From NCBI RefSeq assembly GCF_009914755.1, contig NC_060937.1: DNA of 64,000 bases. One strand, given 5' to 3'. A program made the translations under genes and the position numbers. Positions 58,855 through 64,000 of this stretch are shown here, in pieces. Within the stretch, counting starts at the first letter, position 1. Every line of letters starts with the position of its first letter. The DNA comes from the human T2T-CHM13v2.0 reference genome, Homo sapiens. The notes under the pieces were generated by a model. The model did not search any database, was not told the origin of the DNA, and was given only the letters and a program-made list of their open reading frames with translations.

Positions 58855-60759
58855 TAAATACATGTGCAGATGAGTCAATGTATAGAAGTAACTTAAGGTT
58901 TTCTTGATGGTTAAAAACATGGGTTCTTATAATATTATATATAATAACTCAAATGATGAGAACAATTTTTAAAAATTAAGCAACTCTGCTTAGCTATGGT
59001 CTCTAATAACAAATAATAAAATAATATCATAAAATTACACAATGAGGTATTGATTTTTTGACATAAATATCCTTATTGAGTTACTTATTTTAAAGTTAAT
59101 TTTCCCCCTTTTTTATGTAGGAAATATGACAAAATATAGAAAGTGAAATCCCGGGCTCCTAAATTTTAATACATCTTAAAAAATTTTTTTCTCTTACTTT
59201 TTGAATATAAGTAAATGACCTGTTTAGGGGTTCAAGTAATATAAGTGGGAAGGTATATTTTAAAAGGTAAATAATTTCTGAAGATATCATTGCTTGGCAA
59301 AATTGTAGGGCAGCCAAGGTACAGTTTTTCACTGTCATTTTGAAAGTAGAATTTATAAAAATGTCCTCAGCCATGGTCATAATCAGCTGAGAGATTCCCA
59401 CCCTCCAACTCATGCCAGCTGGCTCATGTAGCCACAGGTTTTTTTTGGCAAATGGTCAAATACAACACACATTTTAAGCAGCTGGATTAACCTAACAGCC
59501 CTTTCATCTGTTTTACAGAGATAGAAGCCTGCTATTTAACTACAATCTAATTGGAAAATACATACACCTGTATTCCTAATCAATAGGATTAATATATAAA
59601 AATGTAACTTTGAAATTCCAAATAAACATTGTTATTAAAAGCAGAAGTTCCTAAAGTTTATAATTTTCTCCTTTTTTTATTTTTTGGCTATCATTTTATT
59701 TGAAAAGCACAAAAAAGTCAACTGTTATCCTCCTGTATTAATGGACTGTCCTTTAATGTAAAAATCAAAATAACAACACAACACAGAATATAAACTTTTA
59801 TAAGATACTGGGATTCTTAGCTTAACATGCAGGTTTTTTTCTTCCTGTCTGAGATTATAATCAAAACAGTATTGCCCTTTCTTAACATTTTAGTCTCCAT
59901 CAGGATGATATTTGCAGTGTTCTAAATGAGAACCATATGCTCTTCCCTAACCTATTTAACTGTGGTAGCCAGATGTTTGAATAAATTGTGAAGGACAGCT
60001 CTACCAGTTTACTCTAATAGCATAAAGCTGACCACTACCAGCTCTCACACTCTGTCCTCGCCTTAAGTAACAGGAAAAAAAAAGGTCTACATTTTGTAAC
60101 ATATGTGACTGTGCCTCATTATTTTGATCAATGTTAGATGGTGACACACTTTCAGTGAAACAAACAAAAATATCTTTTAAAAAATTTATAGGGTTCAAAT
60201 GTATTATAAAAGCTAGTATCCTGGTTGCAATTATACTAAAGTCATGGTGAAATTCATAATAGTTTTATTATCAGCTACAGCCATAATTTTTCAGTGGACG
60301 TTCTTTTGATTCTGCACATTTATTATAATAATGGATTCCTTAACGTTAAAGACTTTTGCTGTCAGGGCCATGCCAAGCAGATAAAGCAGACTAGATATTA
60401 TCTTTTGAAGCAAACGTTTAAGGTATGCAATTCACTATGTAACATGTCTGGACTGACACTCTTTTCTACATATTAATAACTGGTTTACTTGAAACTGTAA
60501 CTAATTGTAACTAGTTACTTATTACTGTTTTGAGGGAAAATTCACATGTTTAATATATACTTTCACAATAAACACAGAAGCAAATACCCTTATATATGTA
60601 CTTATAAATATTTCTGGACAAGTAAGCTAAATCTCTTACAATGATTTCAGATTAAAACATAACAGCAACACAAATATGTGTCTACTCAAAGAATGAAGAG
60701 AAATAGAAATTGTAATTAGGTGGAATAATACAAAATCTTTTAAATTTGGAAAATATTTT

Positions 60760-61340
60760 TGAATGGAATTCGTTAGAGCAAGGACAATATCATACAGTCT
60801 GTATGCAATATGTAATATATAAAAGTTAGTTATATGTGATGTGGTATAACATTATATGAAGGTGGAATGTGGCAAGCTAAAATTACATTTGAAGAATTAA
60901 ACCACTGAAAATGATATGAAGATCTAAAAAGTTAATAAGATAAGATGGATGCCAAAAATATTCAAGGAAAAAAAGCTAAGGGAAAATAAGAAAAAAGGAA
61001 TAAAGTATTATAGAACTAGTAGAAAACAAATAGCAAGATGATAAATTTAAACCCAACCATATTGAAAAACACATTAAATGTAAATGGCCAAACACTATAA
61101 TTAAAAAGCAGAGATTGTCAGAATGAATAAAAAAAAGGCTCTAACCATATGCTGTCTATAAAAATTAAAAAAAATTTAAATATACAACCCTAGATTGATT
61201 ATGAGTCAGATAATGTCAAAAGATATACAAACACCAAATAAAAGCTAAGGTGGCTACATAAATGTCATAAAAGTTAGTTTTGGAAAAGCAGATATTATCA
61301 GGATTAAAACTGATATTTTGTAAGTATAAAAGTGTCTATT
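60760..61340 (+). mobile_element. Old L1M inter-ORF region and ORF2 start
   Basis: acattaaatgtaaatggccaaacactataattaaaaagcagagattgtcaga. Confidence 0.7.
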
Positions 61341-61456
61341 TGTGAAGAAAATAAATGTGAAAGAAGATAAAAACAGATTCAAACCACTTGAAACAAAAAT
61401 AATAGAACATAGAGTATGTGTAGACAAAATATATGTAAATTTTCACACATTTCTGG

Positions 61457-62336
61457 TTTTTTTTTACATTATTATTATACTTTAAGTTCTGGGATACATG
61501 TGCAGAATGTGCAGGTTTGTTACATAGGTATACACGTGCCATGGTGGTTTGCTGCACCCATCAACCCATCATCTACATTAGTTATTTCTCCTAATGCTAT
61601 CCCTACCCCAGCCCCCCAGCCCCCAACAGGCCCCAGTGTGTGATGTTCCCCTCCCTGTATCCATGTGTTCTCATTGTTCAACAGCCACTTATGAGTGAGA
61701 ACATGTGGTGTTTGGCTTTCTGTTCTTGTGTTGCTTTGCTGAGAATGATGGTTTCCAGCTTCATCCGTGTCCCTGCAAAGGACAAGAACTCATCCTTTTT
61801 TATGGCTGAATAGTATTCCATGGTGTATATGTGCCACATTGTCTTTATCCAGTCTATCATTGATGGGCATTTGGGTTGGTTCCAAGTCTTTGCTATTGTG
61901 AATAGTGCTGCAGTAAACATACATGTGCATGTGTCTTTATAGTAGCATGATTTATAATCCTTTCGGTATATACATAGTAATGAGATTGCTGGGTCAAATG
62001 GTATTTCTAGTTCTAGATCCCTGAGGAATTGCCACACTGTCTTCCACAATGGTTGAACTAATTTACACTCCTACCAACAGTGTAAAAGCATTCCTATTTC
62101 TCCACATCCTCTCCAGCATCTGTTATTTCCTGATTGTTTAACGATGGCCATTCTAACTGGTGTGAGATAGTATCTCATTGTGGTTTTGATTTGCATTTCT
62201 CTAATGACCAGTGATGATGAGCTTTTTCTCATATGTTTGTTGGCCACATAAATGTCTTCTTTTGAGAAGTGTCTGTTCATATGCTTTGCCCACTTTTTGA
62301 TGGGGTTGTTTTTTACTTGTAAATTTGTTTAAGTTT
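61457..62336 (-). mobile_element. 5'-truncated L1PA7-like 3' end
   Basis: gggatacatgtgcagaatgtgcaggtttgttacatagg...cccatcaacccatcatctacattag; ORF2 C-terminal peptides. Confidence 0.92.
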
Positions 62337-62339
62337 GGT

Positions 62340-63134
62340 ATATACCTACTGGAATTGTTGGGTCACCTGGTAAATAAAATTTCTATAAGAAACAACATTA
62401 CTACCAGCAAAGTATGAGCGCCAGTTACTCAACATCCTCCTTAATAACACTTGATATCATCAGTCATATTTTAGACATTTTTGTGAGTATGTACCCGTTA
62501 TGGTACTGATTTGCATTTTCCTAATGACTGATGATATTAGTGAGCATCTTTTCATGTGCTTATTTTCCATCTGAGTGTTTTCTTTGGTGAAGTATCTATT
62601 CAAATACCAAATTCTGATAATATATTATCATTATACAGAAATACAATTCATTTTTGCATAGTGGCATTGCAATTGTAACTTGCTAAACCAATGTGCTTGT
62701 TCTAGAAGCAATTTTGTAGATTTCCTAGGATTTTCCACATAGATGATCATGTCATTGGTGAATAAAAAAGTTTTACTTATTCCTTTTTAATAAATATTTA
62801 TTTAAAATTTGCTTTCTTAATTTACTAAGTCATACTTCCTTTTGAATTAAAGTGATGACTGTGAATATTCTGGCTTTGTTCTGGATCTTGGGGGTGGTGG
62901 AGAGGAAGCATTCTGACTTTCATCATTATATAGGGGTTAACTCTTTAGTTTTCATAGGTGCTGTTTATCAGATGAAAGGTTCCTTCTATTCCTAGTTTGC
63001 TGGTGGTTATTATCATAGATGTGTGTTAATTTTTATGTATTTTATGCATTTATTGAGATTATTATTCCTTTTAATTTTGGTTCACTAATATGGCAAATTA
63101 ATTTGATAGATGTTTGCATGTTAAACCAATCTTT
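62340..63134 (-). mobile_element. Old L1M fragments
   Basis: atttgcattttcctaatgactgatgat, gatttcctaggattttccacatagatgatcatgtca. Confidence 0.72.
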
Positions 63135-63135
63135 A

Positions 63136-63895
63136 TACACTGTGGGTGGAAATGTAAATTAGTACAGCCATTATGGAAAAAAGTATGGAAGTTTCTCAAA
63201 AAACTAAAAATAGAAGTACCATATGATCCAGCAACCCAACTACTGGGTATTTATCCAAAGGAAAGGAAATAATTATATCAAAACAAGACCTGCACTCCAT
63301 GTCTACTGCAGCATTATTGGAATCTACCTAAATATCTATCACAGATAAATGAATAAAGAAAATGTGATTATATATACACAATGGAACACTATTCAGCCAT
63401 AAAAAGAATGAAATCCTAACTTCCCTAGCAATATCGATGAGCCTGGAGGACATTATGTTAAGCAAAATAAGTCAGGCACAGAAAAATGAATACCACATGT
63501 TCTTACTCATATGTGTGGGCTACAAAATAATTTTGAGCTCATGGAAGTAGAGAGTAGAATTGTGGGTATTGAAGGCTAAGAATGGTAAAAGGGATGGGAA
63601 GATTGGGTGATGTTTGTTAACGGCTGTAAAATCACAGGTAGACGGGGAATGAGTTCTGGTGTTCTGTAGCACTGGAGGCTGAATATGAACAACTATAATT
63701 TATTGTATATTTTCAAAATGTTAGAAGAGAGGATTTTCAATATTTGCAATGCAAAGAAATAGTAAATGTTTAGGGTGATGATATGTTAATTACTCTGATT
63801 TGATCATTACATGTTGTGTGCATGTATCAAAATATCACTCGGTAGCTGATAAATATGTACAATTATCATGTGTCAACTAAAAGTAAAAGGAAAAT
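63136..63895 (+). mobile_element. L1MA (MA3-like) 3' end
   Basis: acactgtgggtggaaatgtaaattagtacagcc...tgtgtcaactaaaagtaaaaggaaaa. Confidence 0.88.
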
Positions 63896-64000
63896 ATTTC
63901 TTGTTAATATGGTAAATTAACTTGACAGATTTTGAAATGTTACACCACTCTTTTATTTCTGGGATGAATCCCACTTGATTATGCTGTATTCATTTTAATC

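Overview
This is primate, very probably human, AT-rich non-coding DNA (intergenic or deep intronic); an Alu with the AluYa5 diagnostic bases supports human origin. Most of the window is interspersed repeats: about 15 Alus, young L1PA fragments (including a 4.5-kb L1PA6-like copy), long old L1M fragments, L2, MIR, hAT DNA-transposon relics (MER33, Charlie1, MER5, MER53), MaLR/ERVL LTR pieces and two solo ERV LTRs (LTR3-like and LTR12-like). I recognise no host protein-coding exon, RNA gene or CpG island. The interpretable ORFs in the supplied track are broken L1 ORF1/ORF2 or Alu-derived; the rest look like chance ORFs. I see no support for a new gene system. The notable signals are mutational: a multi-arm fold-back knot (6224-6780), a non-tandem ~385-bp local copy (10287 to 12083), an Alu with a ~74-bp flanking duplication, a 28-bp templated insertion matching a nearby LTR, two L1PA copies truncated at almost the same base, an Alu with a duplicated Pol III B-box, and an Alu tail replaced by alternating A/T tracts. 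Repeat subfamily names come from recalled consensus features and need RepeatMasker/Dfam confirmation. Boundaries of old repeats are approximate.
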